Shown: piece by piece, positions 28,270 to 41,680 of the stretch
How the letters are laid out: each line of letters opens with the position of its first letter
Position numbering within the stretch: position 1 is the first letter of the stretch
Assembly: GCF_058153355.1 (NCBI RefSeq)
Contig: NZ_CM177019.1
Length of the DNA: 64,000 nt
Direction: 5' to 3' (one strand)
The notes under the pieces: generated by a model
Databases searched by the model: none
The model's input: only the letters and a program-made list of their open reading frames with translations
Told to the model about the DNA's origin: nothing
Made by a program: the position numbers and the translations under genes

Positions 28270-29631
28270 TCACTTACCGTGGGGGTTACGCGTGGTTTCC
28301 CCGGAGAAATTACGCATCAGCAGCGCGTAATTTAGCTCAAGATCCTGCGGGACCGGGATCCACACAGTATAACCATCGCCCGGTGCGACCGGCATTGCTT
28401 CGCCTTTGGCGTTTTCCATATGCTCAAGGGTAAAGTTAATGTTCCCTTGCGGCGTCATCAGCTCAAGGCTGTCGCCAACGGAGAATTTATTTTTCACCGC
28501 TACCGCCGCGAGGTCGCCCTTGCGCTCACCGGTAAACTCACCAACAAACTGCTGGCGGTCAGAAACTGAATAACCGTATTCGTAGTTCTGATAATCGTCG
28601 TGAGTATGACGACGCAGGAAACCTTCGGTATAGCCACGATGCGCCAGACCTTCCAGAGTTTCCAGCAGGCTGGTATCGAATGGTTTTCCCGCAGCTGCGT
28701 CATCGATAGCTTTACGGTAAACCTGCGCGGTGCGTGCGCAATAGTAGAAAGATTTTGTACGACCTTCGATTTTCAGCGAATGCACGCCCATTTTGGTCAG
28801 GCGTTCAACGTGGGCGATAGCGCGCAGATCTTTCGAGTTCATGATGTAAGTGCCGTGCTCATCTTCAAACGCGGTCATATACTCGCCCGGACGCTGAGCT
28901 TCTTCGATCATAAACACTTTGTCGGTTGGCGCGCCGATACCCAGCGTCGGCTCAACATTTTGCACCGGAATCGGCTCGTACTTGTGCACGATGTTGCCAA
29001 CGTCATCTTCTTTCCCTTCCTGGACGTTGTACTCCCAGCGGCAGGCGTTGGTGCAGGTGCCCTGGTTCGGGTCGCGCTTGTTGATATAGCCAGAGAGCAG
29101 GCAGCGACCGGAGTAGGCCATGCACAGCGCGCCGTGAACGAAGATCTCTACCTCCATATCCGGCACCTGATTGCGGATCTCTTCAATCTCTTCCAGCGAC
29201 AGCTCGCGAGAGAGGATCACGCGGGTCAGGCCCATTTGCTGCCAGAATTTCACCGTCGCCCAGTTCACGGCGTTAGCCTGTACCGAGAGATGGATCGGCA
29301 TTTCAGGGAAGTGCTCACGCACCAGCATAATCAGCCCTGGATCGGACATTATTAGCGCATCCGGCCCCATTTCCACCACCGGTTTCAGGTCACGGATAAA
29401 GGTTTTCAGCTTGGCGTTGTGCGGTGCAATGTTGACCACAACATAAAACTTTTTCCCCAGCGCATGGGCTTCATTAATGCCGAGCTGGAGATTTTCGTGG
29501 TTGAATTCGTTGTTTCGCACACGCAGGGAGTAACGCGGCTGGCCCGCATAAACAGCATCTGCGCCATAAGCGAAAGCGTAACGCATATTTTTCAGCGTTC
29601 CCGCCGGGGAAAGGAGTTCCGGTTTAAACAT
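28270..29631 (-). CDS. yegQ: Peptidase U32-family protein YegQ (TrhP)
   Basis: 453 aa, sequence recognised as YegQ; K-12 synteny. Confidence 0.9.
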   Translation of the reverse strand: MFKPELLSPAGTLKNMRYAFAYGADAVYAGQPRYSLRVRNNEFNHENLQLGINEAHALGKKFYVVVNIAPHNAKLKTFIRDLKPVVEMGPDALIMSDPGLIMLVREHFPEMPIHLSVQANAVNWATVKFWQQMGLTRVILSRELSLEEIEEIRNQVPDMEVEIFVHGALCMAYSGRCLLSGYINKRDPNQGTCTNACRWEYNVQEGKEDDVGNIVHKYEPIPVQNVEPTLGIGAPTDKVFMIEEAQRPGEYMTAFEDEHGTYIMNSKDLRAIAHVERLTKMGVHSLKIEGRTKSFYYCARTAQVYRKAIDDAAAGKPFDTSLLETLEGLAHRGYTEGFLRRHTHDDYQNYEYGYSVSDRQQFVGEFTGERKGDLAAVAVKNKFSVGDSLELMTPQGNINFTLEHMENAKGEAMPVAPGDGYTVWIPVPQDLELNYALLMRNFSGETTRNPHGK

Positions 29632-29836
29632 AATTCTCTCGTTCTGATGACAGGTCAGATCCGCTTCACCTGATGAAGCGGTTGGGGGAGTGCCCCCACT
29701 TTAAGGGCGGGCATTGTAGCGCAATCGGTGGGGTTGACTCCAGTGACAATGTTAAGGGAAAGACTGAGCGCATTTATTTCGTTTTGATTCCGATAGTCGT
29801 CAGGTTCAATTGTTATCAGTTGACCTTAATTTGGTG

Positions 29837-30574
29837 TTAAAGAAAGGGAATATAACCCCATAACTTGTTGTGAAGTTCCGGATTGCGGGTAAAAAGCGCC
29901 TGAAGTTGCTGACGCTGAGGAGCATTTGGTTGAATGCCCGAAAGATTGAATTTGCGTTGCCATATTGCGAGCTGTTTACCTGCAAATTCTTCAGTTAGCT
30001 TGTGTTGCGATTGCAGCAGAAGAATTAAACCGTCCCATTTGTTCAAACTATGATAAAGCCGACAATATGCGCAAGCATGTTTAACTGAAGGTGCGTTTTC
30101 CTGCAACTGCCGTATTTCCTCGAACGTGAGCGGAACGCGACACCATACACAGATGTTAACCATTAATCGCAGCCCGGTAGCGTCCGGGTTTGCCAGTGTG
30201 CTGAGAATAGTCTTTTTGACATCGCCATCAGGATTATCTTTTGCAAGAATGTGCATTGCGGCTAAACGCAGTGGGAATACATTCTGAGATAATCCCCATT
30301 CTGCCAGTTTTAAAATATTGGCATCATGAATGGAGTCCAGCCCGTATAAAGCTGCCCGGCGCTGTGAGGGAGTATATTCAGTCGAGGTGACAACATGACG
30401 CCAGAATTGCACAACATCCATGACGTCATTAAGCATGTTTTTAGCGCGTAGACGGATCAACATATTGTTATCCAGCAGTAATGCGCTGTACAACTCCGGA
30501 GGAATTTCTATAGCTCGGTCAGTAAGGCTAAACAACGTTGCTTGTCGAATTTGCGGGCGGTTATTTTCTGTCAA
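29837..30574 (-). CDS. Hypothetical protein, helical-repeat-like N-terminus and two CxxC pairs
   Basis: 245-aa ORF; CVWC and CAYC pairs near the C-terminus (CxxC-x30-CxxC); not recognised; lower GC than flanks by eye. Confidence 0.45.
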   Translation of the reverse strand: MTENNRPQIRQATLFSLTDRAIEIPPELYSALLLDNNMLIRLRAKNMLNDVMDVVQFWRHVVTSTEYTPSQRRAALYGLDSIHDANILKLAEWGLSQNVFPLRLAAMHILAKDNPDGDVKKTILSTLANPDATGLRLMVNICVWCRVPLTFEEIRQLQENAPSVKHACAYCRLYHSLNKWDGLILLLQSQHKLTEEFAGKQLAIWQRKFNLSGIQPNAPQRQQLQALFTRNPELHNKLWGYIPFL

Positions 30575-30614
30575 TAAGAATCTAAGTATCTTTAATCATT
30601 TCATCCCGGTCTGC

Positions 30615-31334
30615 TCAATCGACACGAAGGTAAGGGCCGTCTGCACTAACGTTGGCCCCGAAACCGCAGTCGTTCGGCGTATTGGTGCTTACTTCAAGCG
30701 TTTCGGTAGTAAGTTTGAGAGCAATATTGCAGTGAATCATATTGTCTGCATCATCACGCAATGCAATTACGCCTGTACCATTGTTCAGCGTTACAGATTC
30801 AGAAAACTCACCGATATTTGGCCCACTGTAAATGCCCATCATACCAAAGTAATAACCCTGAAAATCTACCTGCATCTTGCCTGTTAACCGCGCGGGTTTA
30901 AAGATGAACGTATTCCATGTCGCTTTGACCGCGTAGCTCCAGTATTCATTGGTTGTTGAAAAATCAGAGGGCAAAGCTGCGAGATTATCTTTGATAAGTT
31001 GCAAATTGTAGATGGATTTGGAATCTTGCGGTAGAAGCATGAGCCAGGCACGGGCTTTGCGCCATTGATTCTCACGCATCCAGGTTAGTGCGACATTGTT
31101 ATAAGCCGTGGCGATCGCTTTCTCATCATTAGCTTTACAGTCTTCACTCCATGCGGCTTGCTGTTCGAAGTATTTGCGTGCCGCAGGGTAGTTTTTCGCT
31201 TTATACAATGCCTGCCCCTGGCTTGCATACATGGTGATTTTCGCGCAATCAGCGTTAATTTGCTCGTCAGTTATCTCAGCATGTGCATTAGCCGACAATA
31301 GCAAAACTAAAGATATGACAAAGGGTAATTGCAT
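30615..31334 (-). CDS. Hypothetical secreted protein (signal peptide)
   Basis: About 239 aa from MQLPFVISLVLLLSANAHA (track ORF extends to 31427); not recognised. Confidence 0.45.
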   Translation of the reverse strand: MQLPFVISLVLLLSANAHAEITDEQINADCAKITMYASQGQALYKAKNYPAARKYFEQQAAWSEDCKANDEKAIATAYNNVALTWMRENQWRKARAWLMLLPQDSKSIYNLQLIKDNLAALPSDFSTTNEYWSYAVKATWNTFIFKPARLTGKMQVDFQGYYFGMMGIYSGPNIGEFSESVTLNNGTGVIALRDDADNMIHCNIALKLTTETLEVSTNTPNDCGFGANVSADGPYLRVD

Positions 31335-31432
31335 GTTAAATCCATTTAAAGTGAATAATTCCAGTCGTGATAGTATCGCCGTAAGAGGCGGAAATAAAGC
31401 CGGACGCCAACAACCCACGCCCGGCATCGTAA

Positions 31433-31765
31433 TTACGTATTGTCTTTCACCGTCTGGCTTGTGCCATTGGCTTTAACGGAGGCAATTCCGGTTTCACGAG
31501 ATTGCGCGGTGGCGTACATCTGGCTGGAGCCGATAATTTGATGATTGGCGGCTTTCAGATTGAAATAGAATTTGCCGTTGCTTGCCGTTTTTTTCTCATA
31601 GCGTTCTTCTTGCGGGCTGTTGCTACGTACCGACGCGATGCCCTTTTCCGCAGAGGCTTTTGAGGTATACAGCTCGCTGGTGAGGATAGTCTCACCATTG
31701 CCCGCTTTTAGCACAAACCGGAATTGATTATCACTGCTCTTACTGAGTTCAAACCAACCAGCCAT
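31433..31765 (-). CDS. yegP: DUF1508-family protein YegP
   Basis: 110 aa from MAGWFELSKSSDNQFRFVLKAGNGE with two internal repeats; K-12 synteny. Confidence 0.85.
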   Translation of the reverse strand: MAGWFELSKSSDNQFRFVLKAGNGETILTSELYTSKASAEKGIASVRSNSPQEERYEKKTASNGKFYFNLKAANHQIIGSSQMYATAQSRETGIASVKANGTSQTVKDNT

Positions 31766-31944
31766 AATGACTCCTTGATTGAAATTGCGTATCGAAAACA
31801 GCATCTAAAAGGACTGTTTGCCGATTAAAGTATGAGCGATTTTCAGGTGCTTGCCAGGGCGGAGAGATAATGTCAGATAGCCGACAATGCGCGGGATAAT
31901 GCTGCCGGATGTGGCGTGAATGCCCTCTCCGGCAGGTAAAAATG

Positions 31945-32667
31945 TTAAACGATGCGGCAGGCGTCGGCTTCCCAGCGATAACCGACACCGTAGACGGCGC
32001 GGATAAAAGACTGCTCTTCGTCCAGAGCTTCCAGCTTGCGACGCAGGTTTTTAATGTGGCTGTCGATGGTGCGGTCAGTTACTACGCGGTAGTCGTCATA
32101 AAGGTGGTTCAACAACTGCTCGCGGGAGAACACTTTTCCTGGTTCATGAGAGAGTGTTTTCAGCAGACGAAATTCCGCAGGCGTCAGGTCAAGCATTTTA
32201 CCGCGCCATGAAGCCTGAAAACGACCTTCGTCGATAATCAACGGGCTTTCAGCATCCTGTTGCTGCAACTCGCGCTGCGGTTTGCAACGGCGCAAAATGG
32301 TTTTGACGCGCGCTACCACTTCCCGTGGGCTGTACGGCTTGCAGATATAATCATCTGCGCCAATCTCCAGTCCGAGCAGGCGGTCTATCTCTTCGATTTT
32401 TGCCGTCACCATCACGACAGGAACATCGGAAAAACGACGAATCTCCCGACACAACGTCAGGCCATCGGTGCCAGGGAGCATCAGATCCAACAGGATCAGA
32501 TCCGGTGGTGTCTGGCGCACATATGGCAGTACCTGATCGCCGTGGCTGATAAGCGTCGGCGCATAGCTCGCAGCACGCAGATAATCAATAAGCAACTGCC
32601 CCAGCTTCGGTTCATCTTCCACGATCAAAATACGTGGCGTGTTTTCGTCGATTGGTAACTCGGTCAT
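31945..32667 (-). CDS. baeR: Response regulator BaeR (OmpR family)
   Basis: 240 aa, receiver domain plus winged-helix domain; overlaps baeS. Confidence 0.95.
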   Translation of the reverse strand: MTELPIDENTPRILIVEDEPKLGQLLIDYLRAASYAPTLISHGDQVLPYVRQTPPDLILLDLMLPGTDGLTLCREIRRFSDVPVVMVTAKIEEIDRLLGLEIGADDYICKPYSPREVVARVKTILRRCKPQRELQQQDAESPLIIDEGRFQASWRGKMLDLTPAEFRLLKTLSHEPGKVFSREQLLNHLYDDYRVVTDRTIDSHIKNLRRKLEALDEEQSFIRAVYGVGYRWEADACRIV

Positions 32668-34067
32668 ACTTCTCTCTGTAAATCCCGTTCCAGCGGTAAC
32701 TCTACTGTAATGCTTACCCCGCCAAAAGGCGAATGAGCGGCAACAATGCGACCATTATGTGCTTCAACAATGTTAAGACAAATCGCTAGCCCCAAGCCGG
32801 AACCGCCGCTGGCACGGTTGCGGGAACCTTCGGTGCGATAAAAACGCTCAAACAATTTTTGCAGTTGATCGTCACTAACGCCCGGTGCACTGTCGGCAAA
32901 GGTCAGACGCACCGTTTTGTCATGTTGCTCGGCAGAGATATGCAGGCTGCCGCTGCTGTCGGTATAGCGCAGGCTGTTTTCCAGTAAGTTATTGAACAAC
33001 TGCATTAAACGATCGCGATCGCCAAATACGGTAATGCTGTCTGGCAGGGAAAATTGCAGTTTCAGCCCGCGGCTGGCGAAACGCTCACGAAATGCGCCAC
33101 CCGCGACTTCCAGTAGCGGGATCAGATCCACCGACGATTTCTGGTAGGCGAGAGCGCCTTCATCAGACATCGACAATTGATGAAGATCATCCACCAGTTT
33201 GGTCAGTGTACCGACCTCTGCCTGTAAAGAAGCCACCGTCTCCGGCGTGAATTTACGCACGCCATCCTGAATAGCTTCCAGTTCGCCGCGCAGTACTGCT
33301 AAAGGTGTGCGCAGCTCGTGGGAGATATCGGCCATAAAATCGCGGCGCATCTGTTGGTTTTTCTCCAGCGTGCTGGCGAGCTGGTTGAAGTCTTGCGCCA
33401 GTTTGCCCAATTCATCTTCACTGGTGGGCGTCACGCGAGTAGTGAAATCGCCCGCTGCCAGTTTGTGTGTACCGTCCACCAGTCGTTTGACCGGAGCCAG
33501 CAAACCGCGCGCCAGTGGGAATGTCGCCAGCGCCGCTAACAAGGTAGATAAAGCGACAATCAGCCAACTGGTTTGCCTCTGTTGTCTGTCAAAATTGATA
33601 TCGGTATTGCGGGTCAGTCGTTCAACAGGGGAGGCGATCACCGCACCCACTTCCGCCCCATTGACCATAATGGGCCGCCGTGTGCCGTCTGGTGGAATCG
33701 GTGCTCGCGGGCCAACCAGCACTTTGTTGTTTTGATCAACCACCCAGAATTGCGTGCGCCAACCGTGTGGCGGCATACCGGGGCCGGGCTTATCTTCGTT
33801 GTTATCATGCTCCAGCGAACGTAGGATCTGAAATACAAAGCGATCGTTATTACGCAGGAAGCGCCAGTTCCCGTGCTGGGCGTACTGCTCACCAAGCGCA
33901 TCGCCGAGCATTTGCAGCCGTTGTTCATTTCCATGCTTGATGTAATCGATAAAGCCGCGCTCAAAACTGATACGTACCGCCCAGTGCATCGTGATCAATA
34001 AGACAATGCAGGTGGCGAAAATCGCCAGAAACAGTTTGCCGGTAATACCGGGTCGCCAGAATTTCAT
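32664..34067 (-). CDS. baeS: Sensor histidine kinase BaeS
   Basis: 467 aa, H-box HELRTPL, HAMP and ATPase domains. Confidence 0.95.
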   Translation of the reverse strand: MKFWRPGITGKLFLAIFATCIVLLITMHWAVRISFERGFIDYIKHGNEQRLQMLGDALGEQYAQHGNWRFLRNNDRFVFQILRSLEHDNNEDKPGPGMPPHGWRTQFWVVDQNNKVLVGPRAPIPPDGTRRPIMVNGAEVGAVIASPVERLTRNTDINFDRQQRQTSWLIVALSTLLAALATFPLARGLLAPVKRLVDGTHKLAAGDFTTRVTPTSEDELGKLAQDFNQLASTLEKNQQMRRDFMADISHELRTPLAVLRGELEAIQDGVRKFTPETVASLQAEVGTLTKLVDDLHQLSMSDEGALAYQKSSVDLIPLLEVAGGAFRERFASRGLKLQFSLPDSITVFGDRDRLMQLFNNLLENSLRYTDSSGSLHISAEQHDKTVRLTFADSAPGVSDDQLQKLFERFYRTEGSRNRASGGSGLGLAICLNIVEAHNGRIVAAHSPFGGVSITVELPLERDLQREV

Positions 34068-35479
34068 TGCGCGCTCCTTTTTCGCCGCGAAATAGCGACA
34101 TTTTGATGCGTATCGTTCGGCACTCTGGCAAAGACAAACGCCGGAAGGGCGATGATAAACGCCATGCTAAGCCAGGTGTACATAAAGACGGTTTGTGTGG
34201 TGCTGCTGTCTACACTGACATGCTGTGAACCAAAAAGCCCCAGCAACAGCCCGGCGATGGTGACGCCGATACTCATCGATAATTGCATAATCATCGACAG
34301 CAGGCTGTTGCCGCTGCTCGCCAGATTGTCTGGTAGATCTTTCAGCGTCAGGGTGTTCATGGAGGAGAAACGTGTCGAGTTGACCATTCCTTGTAAAAAC
34401 AGGACGAACGGCAAAACGTAGTACCAGCCCAGCAGAGCGGTAGTCATAAACAGCAGGGTGACCAGCGACAGGCCCAGCGTGGTCGCCACCAGTACCCGAC
34501 GGTAGCCAAAGCGATTCACCACCTGCACTACAATTCGCTTCATTCCCATGCTGCCGAGCACCATCGGGATCATCATCAGTCCGGCATGAAACGGTGAGAA
34601 GCCAAGGCCAATCTGTAAGAAAACCGGTGTCATAAAGGGCAACATGCCACTGCCGATACGTCCGGCAAAGCTCCCCGCCAGGCCCAGCGAAAAGGTACGA
34701 GTGCGGAACAGTTTCAGACTGAAAAGAGCGCGGTTGTTATTTCTGGCGTGCAGCAGATAAAGCACCAGTGCTACCACGCCAATTGCTGCCAGTCCGGCAA
34801 TCGCCAGCGGTGAAAGTCCCGTGCCTTTACTGCCATCCAGCGCCAGAGTTAATACCGCCATGCCAACCGCCAGCAATAAAAAGCCGGAGAGATCGAAGCG
34901 CCGCGTCTGCATGGTGTAGTTTGGCATTAACATCAGCGTGGCGATCGCACCGATAATCCCTACCGGTATGTTGATCAAAAAGATCCAATGCCAGGACGCG
35001 TATTCCACCAGCAGGCCGCCGAGCGCCGGACCCAATAGTGGGCCGACCTGACCGGGCAGCGTAACAAAGGTCATCGCCGCCATATATTGCTCGCGCGGTA
35101 CAATTTTCATCACCGTAAGCCTGCCGACCGGCACCATCATCGCGCCGCCAACGCCCTGTAACGCGCGTGCCAGCAACAGTTCGTTTAGCGTGGCAGAAAG
35201 CGCGCAAAACAGCGAACCGAGGGTAAACAGCACGATGGCGGTAAAGAAGATATTGCGTACGCCGACTTTGTCCGCCAGCCAGCCGCTGGCGGGCAGCATC
35301 ACCGCCACGGTCAGCACATAAGATACGATGACCATGTGCATATGTAGCGGACTTTCCCCAAGGCTTTGCGCCATTGAGGGAAGGGCGGTGTTTACGATGG
35401 TGGTGTCCAGCGACTGCATAAAGAAGCCGAAAGCCACAATCCACAATTGCCAGCGGGTGCTGTCGGGAAGATCTGTCAT
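34064..35479 (-). CDS. mdtD: MFS transporter MdtD
   Basis: 471 aa, 12-14 TM MFS-like. Confidence 0.93.
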   Translation of the reverse strand: MTDLPDSTRWQLWIVAFGFFMQSLDTTIVNTALPSMAQSLGESPLHMHMVIVSYVLTVAVMLPASGWLADKVGVRNIFFTAIVLFTLGSLFCALSATLNELLLARALQGVGGAMMVPVGRLTVMKIVPREQYMAAMTFVTLPGQVGPLLGPALGGLLVEYASWHWIFLINIPVGIIGAIATLMLMPNYTMQTRRFDLSGFLLLAVGMAVLTLALDGSKGTGLSPLAIAGLAAIGVVALVLYLLHARNNNRALFSLKLFRTRTFSLGLAGSFAGRIGSGMLPFMTPVFLQIGLGFSPFHAGLMMIPMVLGSMGMKRIVVQVVNRFGYRRVLVATTLGLSLVTLLFMTTALLGWYYVLPFVLFLQGMVNSTRFSSMNTLTLKDLPDNLASSGNSLLSMIMQLSMSIGVTIAGLLLGLFGSQHVSVDSSTTQTVFMYTWLSMAFIIALPAFVFARVPNDTHQNVAISRRKRSAQ

Positions 35480-38400
35480 TTACTCGGTTACCGTTTGTTT
35501 AGGTTTACGCGAAAAACGCAGCCGCAGACGGTCAAAAAAGAGATACACCACTGGCGTGGTATACAGCGTCAGAAGCTGGCTCATTACCAGACCTCCGACA
35601 ATGGTGATCCCCAGGGGTTGGCGCAGCTCCGAGCCGTCACCGCCCGCCAATACCAACGGCAGCGCACCAAACAGCGCCGCCAGGGTAGTCATCATAATCG
35701 GGCGAAAACGCAGCAGACAGGCCTGGAAAATAGCTTCCTGCGGCGTCAGGTTACCGTGCCGTTGGGCTTCGAGCGCAAAATCGACCATCATTATGGCGTT
35801 TTTCTTCACGATGCCGATTAATAGCATGATCCCTATCAGGGCGATTAGGCTGAACGGGGCATTGAATAGCTCCAGCGCCAACAGCGCTCCAACGCCCGCC
35901 GAGGGCAGGGTGGAGAGAATCGTGAGCGGATGTACGTAACTCTCGTAAAGGATACCCAGTACGATATACACCGTGGCGATGGCTGCGATAATCAGGATCA
36001 CCTGCGAGTTCATCGTCTCCTGGAATACCTGCGCTGTTCCGGCAAAACTGCCGCGCACCGTCGAAGGCACACCTAGCTGGGTCATTGCGCGGTCAATCGC
36101 CGCACTGGCGTCCGAGAGCGATTTTCCGGTCGGCAAGTTGAACGAGATGGTCGAGGCCGCCGATAATCCCTGATGATTCACCGACAGCGGGGCATTCGCC
36201 GGTTGCCATTTAGCGAAATATGACAGCGGGATCGCTTTTCCTTCGTTATTAATGACGAACATTTTTTCCAGTGCACTGATGTCCTGGGTATAGCGCGGAT
36301 CCACTTCCATCACCACTTTATACTGGTTCATGGGCTGGTAAATGGTCGAGATTTGCCGCTGCCCGAAGGCGTTATTCAACAGGCTGTTGGCGGCCTGCAC
36401 GTCGATTCCCAGTCGTGCCATAGTGTCGCGGTCGTAAACCAGATTCATCTCCGCGCCGTTATCCTGCTGGTCGGAATTCACGTCCGCCAGTTCCGGTAAC
36501 GTTGCCAGTTTTTTGCGGATTTTCGGCTCCCATTCGCGCAGCGCCGCCAGGTCGTCGGAGAGCAACGTATACTGGTAACTGGCGTTCGACTGACGTCCGC
36601 CAACGCGAATATCCTGCACTGCCATCAGGAACAGATTCGCCCCCGGTTCTTTCGCCAGCTTCACCCGCAAACGGTCGATAATTTGCTGCGCCGTTTCGCT
36701 GCGTTCGTCGCGTGGCTTGAGGGTGATAAACATCATCCCACTGTTCACCCGCGAGCCACCGGTAAAGCCGGTGACATTATCCACTGCCGGATCGTCACGG
36801 ATAATTTTCATGAAATCCTGCAATTTGCCGCGCATCGCCTGAAACGAAATACTCTGATCCGCCTGTATCCCGCCCATCAGTACACCAGTGTCCTGCTCCG
36901 GGAAGAAGGTTTTCGGGATCGAGATATACAGCCAGATATTCAAAGCAATGGTGCCAAGCAGCACCACGCCCACCAGACGGGTATGATTGAGCACCCATTT
37001 CAGCGACTTGCCGTAGCCTTGTTGCAGAGCAACCAACATGCGACCAAAACCACGCAGACGCTTTTGCTCGCGCGGCTTGCTGGCTTTTAGCATCCAGCCG
37101 CACATCATCGGCGTTAACGTCAGGGAAACCAGCAACGAAATACCAATGGCGACAGAAAGCGTCACGGCAAATTCGCGTAACAGTCGGCCCGGCAATCCGC
37201 CCATCAGCAGCAGCGGCAGGAACACCGCCACCAGTGACAGACTCATCGACAGTACCGTAAAGCCGACTTCGCGAGTACCTTGCAGCGCGGCTTGCAACGG
37301 TTTCATTCCCGCTTCCAGATGACGGGCAATGTTTTCCAGCACCACGATGGCATCATCCACCACAAAGCCTGTAGCGATGGTCAGCGCCATTAACGAAAGA
37401 TTATTGAGACTGAAACCGCACAGGTACATCGCCGCAAACGTACCAATCAGCGAAACCGGCACCGCAACGGCGGGAATAATAGTGGCGCGACCCGAGCGCA
37501 GGAATAAAAAGACCACCAGAATCACCAGCGCCACCGAGATAATCAGCGTTTGCTCGACTTCCTCCAGCGAGGCGCGAATGGTGGGAGAGCGATCCTGGGC
37601 AATTTGCAGATCAATCGCCGCCGGAATGGTCTCCTGCAACTCCGGTAATTTTGCCCGGATGCTGTCTACCGTCTGGATAATATTGGCTTCCGGCAGCTTG
37701 CGGATCATCAGCAAAATAGCCGGTTTAGCGTTGGTCATCCCGGCGTTGCGCACATCCTGCACCGAATCGGTCACCGTCGCCACATCACCCAGACGAACCG
37801 CGCCGCCGTTGTTGTAATGAACAATCAGCGGTTGGTATTCGGCTGCGGTTTTTAGTTCATCGTTAGTCTGGATCTGCCAGCGGTGAGTGCCATCTTCCAG
37901 CGCGCCCTGCGGTTTACGCACGTTGGCATTGCTGATGGCAGTGCGCACATCGTCCAGTGACACGCCCTGATTAAACAGCGCCTGCGGATTCAGCCCAACG
38001 CGCACGGCGGGCAGTGAGCTGCCGCCAACATCGACATCACCGACACCGTCGATTTGCGAAATCGTCGGAGCCAACTGCGTCGAGGCAAAATCGTACAGTT
38101 CACCCTGCGAATAAGTATCGGATGTCAGCGTGAGGATCATAATTGGCGCATCCGACGGGTTCGCTTTGCGATAGGTCGGATGGCTGGGCATCCCACTGGG
38201 CAGCAAACTTTGTGCAGCGTTGATCGCCGCCTGCACATCGCGCGCTGCGCCGTTGATATCCCGGTCAAAATCAAACTGCAAAATAATACGCGTGCTGCCA
38301 AGCGAACTGCTGGAGGTCATTTCACTGACCCCGGCGATGCGCCCAAGTGAGCGCTCCAGCGGCGTGGCGACGGAAGACGCCATTGTCTCCGGTGATGCAC

Positions 38401-38557
38401 CGGGCAGCGAGGCGCTGACCATAATCACCGGAAAATCGACCTGCGGCAGCGGGGCGACCGGCAGCATACGGAAACCCAGTATGCCGCACAGGGTAATGGC
38501 GACCGACAGTAAAATCGTCGCCACCGGGCGGTAAATGAAGAGGGCAAAAAACTTCAC
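35480..38557 (-). CDS. mdtC: RND multidrug efflux pump subunit MdtC
   Basis: 1025 aa RND transporter. Confidence 0.95.
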   Translation of the reverse strand: MKFFALFIYRPVATILLSVAITLCGILGFRMLPVAPLPQVDFPVIMVSASLPGASPETMASSVATPLERSLGRIAGVSEMTSSSSLGSTRIILQFDFDRDINGAARDVQAAINAAQSLLPSGMPSHPTYRKANPSDAPIMILTLTSDTYSQGELYDFASTQLAPTISQIDGVGDVDVGGSSLPAVRVGLNPQALFNQGVSLDDVRTAISNANVRKPQGALEDGTHRWQIQTNDELKTAAEYQPLIVHYNNGGAVRLGDVATVTDSVQDVRNAGMTNAKPAILLMIRKLPEANIIQTVDSIRAKLPELQETIPAAIDLQIAQDRSPTIRASLEEVEQTLIISVALVILVVFLFLRSGRATIIPAVAVPVSLIGTFAAMYLCGFSLNNLSLMALTIATGFVVDDAIVVLENIARHLEAGMKPLQAALQGTREVGFTVLSMSLSLVAVFLPLLLMGGLPGRLLREFAVTLSVAIGISLLVSLTLTPMMCGWMLKASKPREQKRLRGFGRMLVALQQGYGKSLKWVLNHTRLVGVVLLGTIALNIWLYISIPKTFFPEQDTGVLMGGIQADQSISFQAMRGKLQDFMKIIRDDPAVDNVTGFTGGSRVNSGMMFITLKPRDERSETAQQIIDRLRVKLAKEPGANLFLMAVQDIRVGGRQSNASYQYTLLSDDLAALREWEPKIRKKLATLPELADVNSDQQDNGAEMNLVYDRDTMARLGIDVQAANSLLNNAFGQRQISTIYQPMNQYKVVMEVDPRYTQDISALEKMFVINNEGKAIPLSYFAKWQPANAPLSVNHQGLSAASTISFNLPTGKSLSDASAAIDRAMTQLGVPSTVRGSFAGTAQVFQETMNSQVILIIAAIATVYIVLGILYESYVHPLTILSTLPSAGVGALLALELFNAPFSLIALIGIMLLIGIVKKNAIMMVDFALEAQRHGNLTPQEAIFQACLLRFRPIMMTTLAALFGALPLVLAGGDGSELRQPLGITIVGGLVMSQLLTLYTTPVVYLFFDRLRLRFSRKPKQTVTE

Positions 38558-41500
38558 TTACGCCTCCTCTTCATGACGGACAAAGCGACTTTTGGTCCAC
38601 AATGCCAGGCGGTCGAATAGCAGATAAATCACAGGCGTGGTAAACAGCGTCAGCACCTGGCTAACAATCAGGCCGCCGACCATGCCGATGCCTAACGGAC
38701 GACGTAGTTCCGCGCCGACTCCGGTGCTCAACATCAGCGGCAGCGCGCCAAGCAGTGCCGCCAGAGTGGTCATCAGGATCGGACGAAAACGCAGCAAACA
38801 GGCCTGGTAAATTGCATCGCGCGGCGACATGCCTTGCTCGCGCTCGGCAGCCAGCGCGAAGTCGATCATCATGATGGCGTTTTTCTTCACAATACCGATC
38901 AGCAAAATAATGCCGATGATTGCGATCACATCCAGTTCGCTACCGGCAATCAGCAACGCCAGCAGTGCGCCAACACCTGCCGTTGGCAACGTCGAGAGAA
39001 TGGTGATCGGGTGAATAAAGCTCTCGTACAGAATGCCGAGCACGATGTACATCGCCACCACTGCCGCGACAATCAGCCAGACAGTGCTGCCCAATGCCGA
39101 CTGGAAGGCGAGGGGGCTACCCTGGAACTGCGTGGTGATATCCACCGGCAGATTCAGCGTCTTTTCGGTGTCCATAATCGCCTGCACCGCATCGCCCAGC
39201 GAATAGTTATCTGGCACGTTAAAGGAGATGGTCGTTACCGGGAACTGATCCAGATGGTTGATGGAGAGCGGCGCAAAACGCTGCTCAATTTTGGCAATTG
39301 AGCTTAGCGGCACCACGCCACCGTCGCTGCTGGTCAGGCGAATGGTATCCAGCGCCGCAAGCCCTGGGGTATTTTCGGTATTGTGCTCCAGCACCACGCG
39401 ATACTGGTTAGCCTGAGTATAAATGGTGGAAATCAGTCGCTGACCAAACGCGTTGTACAGGGCGTTATCGACGTCCGCCATGCTGATCCCCAGACGGCTG
39501 GCGCTGTCGCGATCAACATTGACATACGCCAGCAGCCCTTTGTCCTGCCAGTCACTGGAGACATCAGAAAGCTGTGGCAGCTGCTGGAGTTTTTCCACGA
39601 GTTGCGGAACCCAGGTGCTGAGCGCATCCAGCGATGTGGCCTGCAAGGTAAACTGGTACTGGGTGCGGCTGACCTGAGTATCAATCGTCAGGTCCTGCGT
39701 TGGTTGCAGGAAGAGATCGACGCCCGGCACTTTATCTACTGCTGTTTGCAAACGGGCGATGACTTTTTGCACCCGATCATCACGTTCATCCAACGGTTTG
39801 AGGTTGATCTGTAAACGCGCACTGTTCAGCGACGGGTTAGTGCCATCAACGCCAACAAATGAGGTCAGGCTTTGCACCGCCGGATCCTGCAATATCACGT
39901 CCGCGACCTGGCGTTGCCGCTGGGCCATATTGGCAAAGGAGCTGGATTGCGGTGCCTGCAAGGTGCCCTGAATAATGCCGTTGTCCTGTACCGGGAAGAA
40001 ACCTTTCGGAATGAACACCCACAATAGAACGCTCAGCAGCAGCGTGCTGAGCGCCACGCTTAAGGTCAGCCACGGATGATTCAGCACTTTCGCCAGTCCA
40101 CGACCATAGGCGGCAATTATCCTGTCGAACATTTTTTCCGAGGCCCGGGAGAAGCGGTTCTGTTTACGCAGCGACTCCTGGCTGAGCATCCGCGCGCACA
40201 TCATCGGTGTCAGGGTCAGCGACACCACGGCTGAGATCAAAATCGCTACCGCCAGGGTAATGGCAAATTCGCGGAACAGTCGCCCGACGATATCGCCCAT
40301 AAACAGCAGCGGGATCAGCACTGCAATCAGAGAGAAAGTCAGTGAGATAATGGTAAAACCGATTTCACCTGCGCCCTTGAGCGCCGCTGCCAGTGGTTTT
40401 TCGCCTTTTTCGATATAGCGGGAAATGTTTTCGATCACCACGATGGCGTCGTCGACAACGAATCCGGTGGCGATGGTTAACGCCATCAGCGTCAGGTTAT
40501 TGATTGAAAAATCGAGAAACACCATAACCGCAAAGGTGCCAATTAACGACAGCGGCACGGCGACGCCAGGAATGATAGTCGCCGGAATATTGCGCAAAAA
40601 AAGGTAGATAATCATGACTACCAGCGCGATAGCCATCATCAATTCAAACTGGGTATCGTTGACCGATGCGCGGATATTGGTGGTACGGTCAGAAAGTACC
40701 GTCACCTTCACCGATTTCGGCAGACTCTCGGTGAGCTGTGGCAGCATCTGCCGGATGCTGTCGGCGGTGGAGATAATGTTAGCACCAGGCTGGCGCTGAA
40801 CATTCATCACAATGGCCTGTTCTTTATTTGCCCACGCCCCAAGCCAGCTATTTTCTGCACCTTGCTCTACGGTTGCGACATCGCCCAGACGAATCGGCGC
40901 GCCGTTCTGGTAGGCAATAATTAGCTGGCGATACTCTTCGGCGGATTGCATCTGGTCGTTCGCGGAAAGGGTGACCGCGCGGGAAGGGCCGTCGAGGCTA
41001 CCTTTAGCCGAGTTAACGTTAGCGCCGGTAATGGCGGTGCGCACGGTTTCGCTGGTCAGGCCGAGGGCGGCAATCGCCTGGGCGTTAAGTTTGACGCGAA
41101 CAGCCGGACGCTGACCGCCGGAAAGCGTCACCAGCCCGACGCCGGAAATCTGCGAGATCTTCTGCGCGACGCGGGTTTCCACCATATCTTCCACTTGCGT
41201 CATCGGCATGGCGGTTGAGGTAACAGCGAGCGTCATGATCGGCGGATCTGCCGGGTTCACTTTGCTGTATACCGGAGGGTTAGGCAGATCGCTCGGCAAC
41301 AGGTTAGTGGCGGCGTTAATCGCGGCCTGCACTTCCTGCTCGGCGACATCCAGCGGCAATGTTAGCTGGAATTGCAAGGTGATAACTGACGCGCCGCCGG
41401 AACTTTGCGATGACATCTGTTTCAGGCCAGACATCTGCCCAAATTGGCGTTCGAGCGGCGCAGTAACGGCGGAGGTCATGACATCCGGGCTGGCACCTGG

Positions 41501-41680
41501 GTAGAGGGTGACCACCTGAATGGTTGGATAGTCCACTTCCGGCAGCGCCGAAACGGGCAGGGCGCGATAACCGATAATCCCGGCGAGTAAGATCGCCACC
41601 ATCAGCAGCGTGGTGGCAACAGGACGCATAATAAACAGGCGCGACGGACCGCCTGTGCTGCTCGGGGGTAACACCTGCAT
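38558..41680 (-). CDS. mdtB: RND multidrug efflux pump subunit MdtB
   Basis: 1040 aa RND transporter. Confidence 0.95.
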   Translation of the reverse strand: MQVLPPSSTGGPSRLFIMRPVATTLLMVAILLAGIIGYRALPVSALPEVDYPTIQVVTLYPGASPDVMTSAVTAPLERQFGQMSGLKQMSSQSSGGASVITLQFQLTLPLDVAEQEVQAAINAATNLLPSDLPNPPVYSKVNPADPPIMTLAVTSTAMPMTQVEDMVETRVAQKISQISGVGLVTLSGGQRPAVRVKLNAQAIAALGLTSETVRTAITGANVNSAKGSLDGPSRAVTLSANDQMQSAEEYRQLIIAYQNGAPIRLGDVATVEQGAENSWLGAWANKEQAIVMNVQRQPGANIISTADSIRQMLPQLTESLPKSVKVTVLSDRTTNIRASVNDTQFELMMAIALVVMIIYLFLRNIPATIIPGVAVPLSLIGTFAVMVFLDFSINNLTLMALTIATGFVVDDAIVVIENISRYIEKGEKPLAAALKGAGEIGFTIISLTFSLIAVLIPLLFMGDIVGRLFREFAITLAVAILISAVVSLTLTPMMCARMLSQESLRKQNRFSRASEKMFDRIIAAYGRGLAKVLNHPWLTLSVALSTLLLSVLLWVFIPKGFFPVQDNGIIQGTLQAPQSSSFANMAQRQRQVADVILQDPAVQSLTSFVGVDGTNPSLNSARLQINLKPLDERDDRVQKVIARLQTAVDKVPGVDLFLQPTQDLTIDTQVSRTQYQFTLQATSLDALSTWVPQLVEKLQQLPQLSDVSSDWQDKGLLAYVNVDRDSASRLGISMADVDNALYNAFGQRLISTIYTQANQYRVVLEHNTENTPGLAALDTIRLTSSDGGVVPLSSIAKIEQRFAPLSINHLDQFPVTTISFNVPDNYSLGDAVQAIMDTEKTLNLPVDITTQFQGSPLAFQSALGSTVWLIVAAVVAMYIVLGILYESFIHPITILSTLPTAGVGALLALLIAGSELDVIAIIGIILLIGIVKKNAIMMIDFALAAEREQGMSPRDAIYQACLLRFRPILMTTLAALLGALPLMLSTGVGAELRRPLGIGMVGGLIVSQVLTLFTTPVIYLLFDRLALWTKSRFVRHEEEA

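Noticed and set aside
29656-29680. Inverted repeat ccgcttca-cctga-tgaagcgg just upstream of yegQ as a terminator
   Set aside because: No adjacent U-tract on either strand; more likely a 5' UTR structure or chance palindrome, so not called.
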